Source: Nemertoderma westbladi (Eukaryota > Animalia > Xenacoelomorpha). Taken from it: a stretch of DNA of 43,321 nucleotides. A model generated the notes under the pieces. The model did not search any database and was not told the DNA's origin. It saw only the letters and a program-made list of their open reading frames with translations. The position numbers and the translations under genes were made by a program. Position 1 is the first letter of the stretch; every line of letters starts with the position of its first letter. Location: NCBI GenBank assembly GCA_032718475.1, contig JAUCBJ010008072.1, positions 1 to 43,321 of the forward strand. Direction: 5' to 3'. This document shows positions 23,439 to 36,747 of the stretch, in pieces.

Positions 23439-24752
23439 TGAAACAAACGCAGTTGGGAATCTGAAATTTTATGACTTTTCCTAAAAATCTATTGTCTATA
23501 AGTGAAACCGTTTTCAAAAATATTGGGTAGTTTTCGAGTTATGGCACCATTTTTTAACCCTACTTTTGGCACTTTTTTTGAGACATTTTTTGAAAATTAC
23601 ATTTCATTAAATATGATTTGTAACATCTCTATTTTTGATTTACACCAGTTTTTTGGTGTTAACAATTGGATGGAATTCATATAAATTAATTTAGAAATTT
23701 CAAACTTGTTTTTTTAGGCTGGTGCCAGCACCAAATTTTGAAATATGTCAATTTTGTAAATTGATTGTTTGAAACTTGTTTTTTACTCATTAGGGTTTTT
23801 TGGGGTTCTGGTTTCGATGGAATATATACGAGTTGCACCAAGCGTATCAAACTTGTATTTTTCAGTGCTGTGTGCAAATTTTGGTGCTAGCACAAAATTT
23901 TGAAAATCCATTCAATAGATAAAATAGCTTGTGACAATTTATTTCTTGCGTTTTAGAGGTTTATGGCTGTTCTGAATTCAATGGAATATATAATTAGTAT
24001 TAATTAGGTAATATTTAATTAATTATATTTTTTTGGATTTGAAAATGTTCTTCGATAATCTTTTCACCTACAATTCACTTTTGTGTAATTTCTTATGAGT
24101 TGTACAATAAGTAGTTTTTAGACGATTTTAAGTCTTTTGTTATAGATAATTATTATACAGTAGATAGTTAATGTGATAGTTAATATATATATAGTTAATG
24201 GCGCAAAGTGACCGCAAACACAAACTATGTGTTTAGATGATTTAAAAAATTAATTTAATTAAATTTCAAACTCCCAAAACAATAAACAATACCTTTTTCA
24301 CTTATGGTCAATTTGCGCCACTATTTGGATGTCTCAGCCGTTTGAATATCGAAACTTGTGCAAACAAAATATGTTAAATTGTAAATAACAATACTGTAAA
24401 TAACAACAGGTTTTAATAAATTCTCACTGACAAGCGATTAAAATTTGTGCTTTTTTAAGAAATAATTTATGACTGTTCGGTACCTCGAGGAAGGATAACT
24501 TATCACTATTTCGCGTTATTACTAGCACACTTCGTTATTAACATTTTGTCATTGGTGGGGGAATGAATAGTTTATAGAAAAGCCTAAATACATCTTACAA
24601 CCCCTACGAATTCCATCCCCCACCAGTAATTCATATGGAGACATAAATGTAGAAGTTTTGCCTCTTACCCTAATGTAACAATTATCTATAGGCCTATTAA
24701 ATATTATGTTAAATTATTAAATTGTTAAATTGTTAAACTATTAAATATTAAA

Positions 24753-24940
24753 TTATGAAGCCTTAGATTGTTAGTCATAGTAACTTATGAAGCCTTAGAT
24801 TGTTAGTTATAGTAACTTATGAAGCCTTAGATTGCACTGTATTTCATATAGTTATAGTAACTTATGAAGCCTTAGATTGCACTGTATTTCATATAGTTAT
24901 AGTAACTTATGAATCCTTAGATTGCACTGTATTTCATATA
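24753..24940. repeat. Short tandem repeat (31- and 45-bp units)
   Basis: TTATGAAGCCTTAGATTG core repeated 5 times. Confidence 0.85.
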
Positions 24941-25410
24941 TTATGATTTGTGCTACTTTTCATGCCAGATTGGCATGTATTAAAATTTGAATTTAATTTT
25001 TGGAGCTACATACGAATTCAACTAAATTCCTCAACCAAACTAAACCTAATTAAATCCGGTTGATTTTTTAATGATTTATTGATATTTAATATGTGCTACT
25101 TGCATTTCTTATGTCACTATGACATTTGTCTAAAATTGACACAATGAATGCGATACGATATTTTTGTGCCAAATTCATGATCAGCATCTCCAGAAATCTC
25201 TAATTTTATAAAATTTTGTTTATTTCGTAATGATTGTTGTTTGACAAACTTCTCGCAAACGGTTCCAACAGGGTTAATTCTCTCCCCATAATAGTAAAAT
25301 TCTACTGGCACTCCTCGCGTATAACCACTTTACGAAACCGAAAGAGTCTCACTGACGGGATATATGACGGGAGATTTTGACATGCCACTTGTACAGTCAC
25401 ATGAAGTTGT

Positions 25411-25752
25411 TTACATTGCTTGAATTTCTGCATTCTGCGATTTAATGGCTTCACACCTGATTAAATTATCCAATTTCCGAAGAACATAACCAACTTTGAG
25501 TTGAGTTGCATTATTCAAGGTTTTTGTAGCATGCACAACATTGTCAAAATGTTTTGGATTTATTAAATCATTCGCCGAAATATTTTCTCCATGTCTGTTG
25601 CGCATTATAATAAGTATCCTAGCAAGTTGTCGAAGAGATTGCCAAATGTCTTCATCTGAATCTTTAGCATCATTCATTGATTCCAGAAGCCACGCACCGA
25701 AATGTAATATATTTGAATCGCCTTTAACACACCTGGTTACATCGTCATCACG
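25411..25752 (-). pseudogene. Fragment of a metazoan TE-borne tyrosine-recombinase-like (often SET-associated) protein, N-terminal helical region
   Basis: RDDDVTRCVKGDSNILHFGAWLL...IWQSLRQLARILI...DLINPKHFDNVVHATK...LKVGYVLRK resembles a family pattern recalled from memory (D.LIL.FG; Q.MREL.RLL; I.P..FD.VV.A.K; LK.G..LKK). The catalytic domain is absent. Confidence 0.55.
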
Positions 25753-28320
25753 TCAGTATAGGTCAGGTCAGGTATTCTAGGTCATTAATCAAGAAAACTT
25801 GCCACCTCCATGCAGCATAAAGGAGGTGCCACCTGTAGCTGCATAGACCCTCTTACTAGGGCAAATGTGGTCCTGTAACTAGCACCCTTCTTTCAAGGAT
25901 TACTTCTTTTCCCTAGGGAAAAAAGTGAAACTTTTTCTCCCGATTTTGGGGTATATTCGAGCGAAAAAGTGACAATTTAAGAATAAAATGCATTTATAAC
26001 TGGTAAAAAATGATGTTTTGAGAATTTGCCATTACAATGAAAAATATAATTATCATTATATTATTATCAATACCATCATAACGAAAAATACAATTATCAT
26101 TATATTGTCGAAACCAATCGCTATCACACATTATCACTATCGTAACAGTTATCTTGATTGTTTTTTATATCGAGTATCATTCTTGATACTGTAGAGACTT
26201 ATATAGATAGACCTTACGTTCTAGTACACTGCATGTGGTGATGGGAGTGAAGGAGAATTACCAGGAACTACAGTATTTGGAGTCATATATCTATATATAT
26301 TATTATGTACCGGTAGGACAGTCAGTTAGTCTGATAGTACAGTAGTATGGCAGTATGGTGTCAGTCAGTTATGTCATTCGGTCAGATATATGTTAATTAT
26401 TATATTATTACTATTAATATATTTCCCGACCTCTTACACTATCCCCCAGTCGCTGTTGTGAATAAATACCTCGCGTGTCCAGCCAGACTGAGTAATACTT
26501 TAGGACTTAAACTCTACCGATAACACCACTGACTAGTTTAGTAGTTAGTCAACGCGTTATCCATAGGTAGGTAATCCGATTCTGGAACGTAAGCGAAAGA
26601 ATGTAGAGCGCACTCGTCGGTCAGGAGTCGAAGTCGGAGAAATATATACAGTACTGTAGTTCCGGTTCCCACGGTTACTGGTGTTGGGTAAGGCAGATGG
26701 GGTGGGGGGGGGGGGGGGGGAATTGAGCAAATCCCTCCTCCACGAATAATATATAGTTTAGTCTAATTAACTATGTTAATTACAGTACAGGCCACCAGAA
26801 AAAGCAGATTTCAGCCAATGTGATCACATGTGAACACATTTGTTCAAGTCATATGATTGGCAGGTTATGGCGAGTTATCTTCTAGATCACACAGCAGGAG
26901 GCTAACTTGCTGGGACCAACAAAGGCTTTGTGTGCAGTGCGCCTGTATGTCTGATATCAGGTAGATGAGAGAGCCCCCAGGGCGTAACATTGCGGACATG
27001 GGATGTATTGGTAGAGAGAGAACTACATACAAGACCACATGGAGGTTCATGGAGTGTATATAGACACTACTAACCACACACTGTTAATGTTCATGGAGTG
27101 TATGTGAGTGGATGGGTATATGGATGGAGGAGCTTAGACCATTGAATAATTAATTTAGTGTAGGGAGATGTCGCGCCATTAGTCTGACACCGAGAGGGCA
27201 CAGAGAAATACCAGAAGATACCTTAACATCACTAACTATAGGCCTGATGCCTACTAGACACTATTAACCGCACACTATAAAGGTAAACAATATCCTTATC
27301 GCATTTCCAGCTGCAGTGAGTGACAGTTAGCGGCAAACTACAGAGAGTTTCCAGATTACTAAGCGTTTCAAAAGTATTCAATTGTATCCTTTGGCGAAAA
27401 AATTTCGGTTGTTGCCAATTCAATTATGTTCAATTGTCCTGTTCAACAACATTACATTACACTGGTACACATTTGATAAAATGTGTTCACAATTGTACAA
27501 ATCTGCGTTTTCTGGTGGCCTGTACTGTATTAATTAATACAAAAAAGTTAATAGCAGCAACAGCAGAATTATAGTTTAATTTTTGGAAGCAATCAGCTGA
27601 TTTAAGCGTCGACTTTCCCCAGGAGAGGGATAAATTTTGATTGAGTCAATAGCCCCCCATCCTACCTGGTTCGGAAGGGGTAGTTGTAGGGACGGCAGAG
27701 TTTGATGTGGAGTTCCACGAGTGGTCAGTTGAGTTGCTCAGTTACTGGTAATTATATATTAACATCATGGGACTAGCGCCCTGAACGTCGCGAGTGACAC
27801 ACTCTTTACACACTGGGTCTCGACTGCCAACCAACCACCCTGACGTCAGTTACGTAATAGACAAAGCGGCGCGGCTGCAATTCAATAGTTCAAGTAATTA
27901 AATATAAACATCTGTTCGTTTATAGACAGCACATACAGTGCACTATATAAAGCAGAACATAAGTTACATTGTCACATCAGTGTACCATATAGCGTCTGTA
28001 ATACGCGACACATAAATAGGCCATACTTGTCCCGAATCGAATACTGTACAGTAACGAAACTACAGTACAGTATAATGTACATATAAATCGGTAATGTGCG
28101 TTATCGATATGTTTGTGTCAATAAAAAACACAGAAACAGTGTATGTGATATATTTCAATTAGCCTGAAAAGTAATGCACAAATACACAGTATATTTTTAT
28201 TTCACTATTTTCTATAGTATTAGTGGTTATGCAGTTATGGTAACTGACAAATGAAGAGAACAAGCAAAACAACTCAATCGTACATACAGTAGAATTCTAC
28301 ATGTATAGTAACGTACATAA

Positions 28321-29430
28321 CGTCACTCACCTGGCAAATCGACTAAAGTGTAAATTTTTCATATTTCAGGTTTTGAACGAATTAGGTAATTCAAATATCC
28401 CGCTTTCATCTGACAAAGTCTCAATCACCAATCATTATCTGTTTTGTATTTATTCAAGTATGGCAGACAGCTAAAGTACGGAACCACCCACACTGGTACA
28501 TGGCAAACTAACTAAAATGTTACAAAATGTAGGCAAATCGACTAAAGTGCACAATGACTCTTACTATAGGGCAACAATATTTAAGTTAATTGTCTCCATG
28601 ACAAATTGACTAATGTACCAAGTATTATATATGCGACTGCAGCCAAGTTACTGTCTACTAATATAATATTATGTCTGGTTGTCTAGTTGATAATGTATAG
28701 ATCCTTACATCCTACTTTTGTAAAAATCTTTTATCAAGCATTTATTTAGCATTTAAGAATTTATAGTAAAATCTACTATCTAATAATCTAATACTAAAAT
28801 GATACAAAAATAGGGTGAGAGGGATTGGCTCAATATTATAAACAATAAATTAAGCAGCTAACTGAATAATTTCTGAATTTATACAATGATTAATAGTTGG
28901 AAATCTGGAAATCGCCGCTATACTACCTCCCAAGCACTGGAAATTCTTGATACCATGGATGATGATGAGGATGCAATGAACCCGATGCGATTCATTGCGG
29001 ATGAGGATGGAATGTTATTGTCGACTTTACGGATTATGAAGATGGAGATGAATGTCAGAATCCAGGCAATGAGTGTGGAGCACTTATCAGCTGTGTAAAT
29101 GATGATGAAGCAATGAACATTTTGAATAGTTTCTTTGTTAGTAGTATCAGCGATGGTGAAAAGGAAAACAGTGAACAACAAGCAAACATAAATCAACATC
29201 AGGATGCTAATATGAATATTGATGAATCTAATGAATCCGACATTAGACGTGATGTCATTGTTGATCACAGTAAATATAAAAGAAAACCAATAATCTCCAG
29301 AAAGGGTGATACTGTGTTAAATAGGAAAAATAATCTCCAGGATCGAGTGGCAGGTAGAAAATATTAAACAGGAGAGGTGATACTATAAAGGAAAAAGAGC
29401 AAGAAAGAAAGCGCCCGTTTAGACGCACAG
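28321..29430 (+). mobile_element. 5' part of a Sola1-like transposon with decayed transposase N-terminus
   Basis: Begins CGTCAC, like the element at 30411. GGCAAATCGACTAAAGTG is repeated (~28333, ~28532). A broken acidic ORF at 28886-29430 ends in KNNLQDRVAGRKY*NRRGDTIKEK, resembling the R..G..Y....G motif of Sola1 transposases. No right end was found. Confidence 0.5.
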
Positions 29431-30757
29431 CCCACCCACCACACACATATCAGACCATACACTACTTCCCATTGAATGATTGACATTTCATAATGGTAGT
29501 TGGCTAGCTTTGATGATATATTTATTTATTTAGGAGGGTGGTAGCTTTCGACGCAATCAAAATTCATCCCTATCCAGTGAAAAATAGATGCAAATAACAT
29601 CTGATTACTTCAAAAATATAACTGTATCGCTCAATTATATTGACTTTTGTTGTTTTTGACTAATTGTTTTTAGGCTAGAACGTAATGTCAGGAAAGAATG
29701 TCAGGAAAGTCTTTATTGGTTGGAAGATTGTAAACATAGATTTCTAAACGGTTATCGTGTGCGCTTCGTTCGATGCTAAAAATTGATGGACCTTGACCAG
29801 ATTTCAGTCTTTTTCTAGACGCGACAGTATTGTTTTGGTTCCGTCGTGGTCTAACATGATAATAACGTTGGTGACAGTCGTGACGTAAGTAATTCTCATA
29901 TAATTACTCTTTATTACAAGTAGGGCATGTTTTTTCATACACGCAAAGCTTCATTTCTTTACATCCCGTAGTTGTTTCATGTCGTTTACTATATGTTAAA
30001 GTAATGCGAAAAATCCAAAAATTAAAAAAAGATAACGATATAATATATTTTAGGTATTGATATTTACTTATTATAAATAATTATAAATATCAATTAGTAT
30101 TTTAATAATCATTATTTTCAATAATTATTAAAATATGTGTACATGGAATATCATTATACTAATGCAGAAAACTGAAGTTTATTAAAAATATCCATATATT
30201 ATAAAATTGATTTATATTTATTTAACAATATTAATATTTATTGTACATTATTAATAATACTTTAGTTTATTTACAAATGTTTAGAGTTATATTCTTGAAC
30301 GGCTCGTAACAGATGTTCAGAGTACTTTGGGTGTATCAAGGGTACCTTGTATTTTGACCAGGAACTAGTCTGAAAGTCTGAATGTATCGATATTAAAGGA
30401 ATATAAATATCGTCACCTTCAAGGCAGAACCCCCTAAGTCGATTTTTTTCGATTTTCATGTTTTTGACTTTTTGGGTAATTCGATATCGGCTTTTTCGTC
30501 TGGCAGAACCCCGAAGCTTTTCTACCAGCCATTTTTGAGTTATAAGCCAAAGACAGTTCCCCGTAACTTATGCCCACTTCGAGGCAGAACCCCACAAGTC
30601 AATAATTGGCTTGCAAAACACCGTAAATTCAAGTATATGAAATTCAGTCCACCTGGCAAAACCCCTTAAATCAGAAATAACAACCTGTAAAACCCCTTAA
30701 ATCAGAAACAATAGCCTGGCAAAACCCCGTAATTTATCATTTATATACTGGTTTGTA

Positions 30758-32164
30758 TTGCGGCCAGGACACAAATATTAATGAGGGACACAAACATTAT
30801 TGAGGGACGCAAACATTATTGAGGGACACAAAACATTAATAGGGGTCCATGGTTGCCAATGGATATTAATATGAGCGATGGTGATGCTTGCCATCAGACG
30901 ATCAGATATATAAGTGATTAACTGGAAAAAATACTACCATGGGAACGTGAGCTTCGATCAAAGTACCGCCGTTTTGTATACATTCCATCTTCCTAATTAG
31001 ATGGAAATTAATTGAAAGTGACGTTCGGTTACGTTGTTCAGCTGCCTGTTTTGCTGCTACCCCCCCCCCCCCCCCCTCCCCCGGCTGTTATACCCCCATA
31101 TTTTCAATTTACCTCCTACCACCACCATTCATGTTACCCCCCCCCCCCCCCCCATTCCTGTCTCCCCCTCATGTTCATCATTTTTTTACCCCTACTCCTT
31201 CCCTTTTTAGTAACAACATCGTTTATTGTTTTGGTTAGAAAAACCATCTCTGTAACCTGATCCTTTCCTTCAATTTACAATAACATAGTTTATTGGTTTG
31301 GTCAGATTAATATGTTATTATTTATTGTTGTTATTTTATTGCTTGACAGTAATGATAATTGTAATACTGTAATATATTGTATGCGTATGGGTGGTAACAG
31401 GAATCATACTAAGTGCGAATGGCGATAGTGCCATGCCTCATTAATGTTTGTGTCCCTCATTAATGTTTGTGTATCTCATTAATGTTTGTGTACCTCATTA
31501 ATGTTTGTGTCCCTCATTAATGTTTGTGTATCTCATTAATGTTTGTGTCCCTCATTAATGTTTGTGTCCCTCATTAATGTTTGTGTACCTCATTAATGTT
31601 TGTGTCCCTCATTAATGTTTGTGTCCTTCATTAATGTTTGTGTACCTCATTAATGTTTGTGTCCCTCATTAATGTTTGTGTACCTCATTAATGTTTGCGT
31701 CCCTCATTAATGTTTGTGTCCCTCATTAATGTTTGTGTCCCTCATTAATGTTTGTGCCCTTGATTGATATCTGTCCCTCGTTTATTGTTTGTGTCCCTCA
31801 TTAATGTTTGTATATCTCATTAATGTTTGTGTCCCTCCTTAATGTTTGTGTCCCTCATTAATGTTAGTGTCCCTCAATTAATGTTTGTGTCCCTCATTAA
31901 TGTTTGTGTACCTCATTAATGTTTGTGTCCCTCATTAATGTTTGTGTCCCTCATTAATAGTTGTGTCCCTCATTAATGTTTGTGTCCCTCATTAATGTTT
32001 GTGTCCTATATCAATGTTTATGTCCCACATTAATGTTTGTGTCCTACATCAATGTTTATGTCCCACATTAATGTTTGTCCCCCTGATTAATGTTTGTCCC
32101 ACATTAATGTTTGTGGCGCTGATAAATATCTGTCCCTCATTTAATGTTTGTGTCCAAGTTGCTA
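30758..32164. mobile_element. Nested foldback-type element with inverted 19-bp repeat arms
   Basis: About 4 copies of GAGGGACACAAACATTAAT at 30767-30845 face ~37 reverse-complement copies. Ends TTGCGGCCAGGACAC / GTGTCCAAGTTGCTA are each flanked by TA. Confidence 0.65.
31436..32155. repeat. 19-bp minisatellite, ~37 copies
   Basis: Unit CCTCATTAATGTTTGTGTC with period 19 (31441, 31460, 31479 and onward), degenerating toward the right end. Confidence 0.95.
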
Positions 32165-35100
32165 TAAGTTACTCTAGGTTGCCGGACGTTTTGGACAATT
32201 TGGTTAGCAACTAGCAAAGTAATTTGAGTAACATTAACTTTTAGTCTCCGTTATATGAGGCATCTTTTACAGCAACAAACTTCGCGTTTACATAGAGCAA
32301 CTTGATCGGCAACCTGACATGCTCACTAAGTTGCTGATAGAGTTGCTCAAAATGTTGCCACGTACTGTAGAAAAAACAGGTCTTTAATTATTCGTCATGA
32401 CGTACTGTAAGTGAACTTTACTTTAAATTTAACGTGGCTGTAACCCTGTAGCTAGACTTTGTTCTTACTGTAGAGTACCACCCATCATGGCTATATTTTG
32501 TACTTAGAGTTCCGCTTTCTTGAATCTAAATTTTGTTCTTATAGTTCTGCATTTGGCTACATTTTGTTCAATTTGTATTGATACATGATTCTAACTACAG
32601 TCCCGTACTTATTTTAGAAGCAATTAATACCAAAATATCAAAAACTTATGGAGCCCTTTAGAATTTTGAATTCAAAAATTTCCAACATGTGCGCAAGTGT
32701 GTTAGCTGTATTGTATGTGATTATTTGTTATTATTGCGTTTACAGGTAATACTAACACCTGATCATGTGCTAGTTAACATGTTAGATAGCACGTATTACA
32801 TAATAACATATGCGCACATGTATTACGTTCGCACTACGCACTAAATTATTAAGGACGCACGATACGCCTTGGATATAATTTGATATATTTTGCGTGTTTT
32901 TTGTAAAAATTCGGACTTATGGTGTTTTGCCAAATTGAGGATGCCTTGTTTTCTAGGCAATACCCCGCAACTATCGTATAGTTACGGGATAATACCAGAA
33001 AATGGTGTTCCCCTTTGTTTTGGCAAAACACCATAAGTCAGAATTTTTACAAAAAAACCGCAATATATTTCAAAGGTAATTCTAAATCAAAATGAAAGTT
33101 TAGTTATATGAATTCTATATATATTTAGTTATCAAAAAACACAATAACAAGTAAACTGAGGCATCTCTCTAAAAAATAAACAGTTTTTATCGATTATCTC
33201 AGAACTACAAAAATCGACTTAGGGGGTTCTGCCTTGAAGGTGACGATATTAAATATTAAAGGAAACATTACATTAATTGGAATAATTTTTACAAGTATTA
33301 AACATCACTACTGTATATTTATAATTTTGTACAAGCCATGCACGCAGACCCACACCTGTTATTTAATCTCTAATGGAGACGTGGAGACATACAAAATAAA
33401 GAAATAATTAATTAAATTTAAACTCAAAACGATAATGATTTATGACCAAAATGCCAATGGCCTCCTGCCTGCCAGATACATTGTAAATTAATACTGATAG
33501 GTAGACAGGAGTAGAGGCAGCTATTGTATGTTTACTCTGCTGTTGCTGGGCATCTGGAGTGGGTGGGTTTTAATATCTGTAATTGTGTTTGATAAATAAT
33601 AAAGCAGGTAGTGATTGTCTGGGGGGGGGGGGGGGGATTTGTTCTCCACAACATACTTGGTTGGCATTCAGCATATCATCATACTATTTATAATTTGAGA
33701 ATGTATGAAAGTTACTATATGCCAGATTTAAGTTTTAATTATTTTGTTTCAATTTCTTATAATGCAACCAACCACCCACACATCCCATACACACCTAAAT
33801 AACACTACTAATAATTAATTTGAAAATTATTTATAATTATTAAATATTAATAACTAAAATATATATCGATGTTTTTTAAAACTTTTTCGATTTTTGAATT
33901 ACTTTAACACATAGACTAAATTTTATTTTGTTTTATCCATGGGCTAATTCGTTTTCAGAAATTAATACTTTTTAGTATTAAATAATTAATAAATTATTAA
34001 TAACTAAAATATCTATCGATAAATTTTTTTACATTTTTGTTTTTTTACATTACTTTAACACATATACTCCAAATTTCCATGATATATCCACGGGTTAATA
34101 ATTGGTCACTAATATTTATAAGTATTAAATAAATAATAAATTACTTATAAATAAAATTTTCTTCGATAATTTTTTTTAATTTTTCGTGAAATCGGATCGT
34201 TTTGGGTCAAAGAGTCACAAAATATAACCCAAATTCTTGGGCTAATTTTTTCGACTAAATCTGTATTCAGCCCAGGGTGACCATTGATGACTTACCATGC
34301 TGCCACCACTATCTCCACCCAAACCACCACCATTGGCACCCAAACCATCGAGACGAGGGTGGAAGCAGTCACTCCCTACTTACAAGATTTATTGAGTAGG
34401 GAGAAGATTTGGTATGGAATGAGCAGCTATATGCCTGGAGCATTGGAGGAAATGGAGGAGGTGAGGATGGAGCACCTATGGACCTCGTCCCACTGGTATG
34501 TCCTGACCAGTCCCTCCATGAAGATCAGTTGGAGAAAGACAGAGTGGTAGAAGTTTATACCACCACCCCTTTTTCCCACACTAAAACTGGGAGACCCCTG
34601 AAGATTTCAGAGAGGAACCCTGGTGTAAGTTAACCCTGGTGCTCCAACCACCCCCAGTCCAACTCCTAACCTCAGCGGTTTTTTCTATCCACTTTTTCTC
34701 TTATGCCACTTTCATTTCCAGTAATTATGGCAACTACCCACAATTGATTTTACCTCCATGGGCACCTCCATGATGTTGCCTTTGTCAGTTTTTCCCACCC
34801 GGATCATCTTTCTGATTTCATCCAGCGCAATCCAAATGCTGATGACAACTTGAGGCTCTCCCCGACAGTCACGCTGTTTCAACGCGGATCAGGTCGTATA
34901 TTCGAAACACATAATGACCAGAACATCATGCAGTCAGTGTAATCCCTGTATCATTGTTTTGATGTTTGGAGGGAATTATCACTGCGATCCTGATAAGACC
35001 GTGAAGTTTGTTGCCTCTAAGTTGAAAACACTGATAATGCGCTGAACATCATCAAGTCAGTGTAATGGCTCGAACGGGGGTTTTGTTGCAAGTCGATATT

Positions 35101-35589
35101 TTAAGAATAAGGGTGGTGTTAAATTCGCAGATGGACTCATGGTTGTGTCGGACATCCACTGCCTCTGCTATCCTCCTGCAAGGATGTCTACACATACTGA
35201 CCCTGGACCCTGGATCGGCACGGTCTTCATTTGCGCGATATGGGGCAGTGGAAACTGTACCATGCCACCTGGCATGCGTTTTGTGCTGCAGTGTGGCATC
35301 TGCAGTAAGATAGCAAACAGCCAATCAGCCAACAACCGACAGATGACAACCGATAGCTGACTATTGACAGCCAAAAACCGACAGCAGACAACTGACAGTT
35401 TTCACTTTTCGGTCGATATATTGTATATTATATTAAGTGAAGAATTTGTATTTGTTTTATAAATAATGTGTATTTATTATATAGAATAAATTAGCCTAGC
35501 GCTGATGCAAAACCATGCAACTTTTGAACGCCCGCTTCAGCTATTTGTCAACGAAATTCAGGTAGTGCTTCATATTTGGAATCACTGAA

Positions 35590-36093
35590 TTTGCCCACTG
35601 AATCTTAATCTGCATTCACGGAGGGTGGTTGATACAGGTGGTATTGTACCATAAAGCTCGGCGTTTGTCATGTGTTGTCTCCAGCTGATGTTTAGGGCTG
35701 CCCTTAGTAGTCTTGTGTAGCAACCATCAATTCGTTGTTCAAGTGATTTAGTCAGTGTCCAGGTCTCACCCCCGTATAAAAATACACTTTCCACTGTGGC
35801 TCGAAAGAACTTAGTCTTCAGGTGCCTGCAGAGACCGATTTCTAGATGGTATCCATTTTTGATAGAGCTACCCAAGCCTTTGCTTTCCTAACTTCTATGT
35901 CCTTTTTGCTACTCTCTATCCATGATCCTAGGTACTGGAAGTCGTCAACCTTCCTTAGTTGATTATTATCAATGGAATGGTTGTCAAGTTTCCATCAACA
36001 TTAAAAGTCATGAATTCGGTCTTGGTAGCATTTATATGCAATCCAACCTCCTTAGCAGCCCTCCCCACTTTATTTAGAAGAAGCTGTGCATCT
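35590..36093 (-). pseudogene. RTE-clade LINE fragment (RT C-terminal part), copy 1
   Basis: DAQLLL..V..AAKEVGLHINATKTEFM...VDDFQYLGSWI...FFRATVESVFLYGGETWTLTK...GCYTRLLRAALNISW. Frameshifted. Confidence 0.9.
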
Positions 36094-36096
36094 TCG

Positions 36097-36610
36097 AGAC
36101 GTCCACCTCCGGTATTGAGAAATCGATATCGTCCAGGAACCGGTACTGCTCGACCTCGATGTTAGTTGGTCTCCTGGCATTTATATTGATCCATTCTATG
36201 ATCTGAATGGGATCTATGGTCTCCCCATAGTCACATCCCGGTGCTATCGCTGATATCTCGCACCGTCCCGTCCTCATCATCTCCAGGACCTCATCCTTAT
36301 TCGAGATAGTAGTTACCGCCATCTTACTCGGCCTCGTTTGTAACCCTATCTCCTCAGTTTCCACTGTTGACCAGCATTAATGTTGTGACTGATCGGCCGC
36401 CCATTCCTGTTATCTTCACTGGTACTACCCCGAGTAGTACTTTCCTCTTTCTTCTTGCTCCTGTCATGCTCCTAGCCATCGTTTGGCCTCCAGTCTCATC
36501 GTCTCCTATTGCTGTTTCTCTACACTCTCCGGATCTGTGTCCTTCTACCACGCATCGATGACATAGTCCGTTTGCGTCTGTGTAGGCTATATGATCTTGT
36601 TGTTGAACTT
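36097..36610 (-). pseudogene. BEL/Pao LTR retrotransposon gag-protease fragment
   Basis: GLCHRCVVEGHRSGEC is a CX2CX4HX4C knuckle. It is followed by VLLGVVPVKI...TLMLVNSG (degenerate LLDSG) and YRFLDDIDF, as in the BEL protease region. Confidence 0.75.
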
Positions 36611-36747
36611 CGGTATCCGTGTAGTTTATAAATATATCAATTTAGACTGTATTAAAAATGTCTAAGTCACTAAATAATCGGTATCCGTGTAGTTTATAAA
36701 TATATCAATTTAGACTGTATTAAAAATGTCTAAGTCACTAAATAATC
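36611..36747. repeat. Exact 68-bp tandem duplication
   Basis: CGGTATCCGTGTAGTTTATAAAT...CACTAAATAAT occurs at 36611 and 36679. Confidence 0.92.

Larger units (their letters stand above)
30411..33245. mobile_element. Non-autonomous Sola1-like DNA transposon
   Basis: Perfect 37-bp TIRs CGTCACCTTCAAGGCAGAACCCCCTAAGTCGATTTTT. ATAT on both sides (30407-30410, 33246-33249) fits the AWWT TSD of Sola1. Subterminal GGCA(G/A)AAC(C/A) repeats are present. Confidence 0.85.

Noticed and set aside
24199-24319. Short inverted repeat TGGCGCAAAGTGACC / GGTCAATTTGCGCCA
   Set aside because: It is probably an internal TE motif, and no TSD or element boundaries could be defined.
31012-31260. Poly-proline ORF
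   Set aside because: It derives from C homopolymer runs inside a non-autonomous element.
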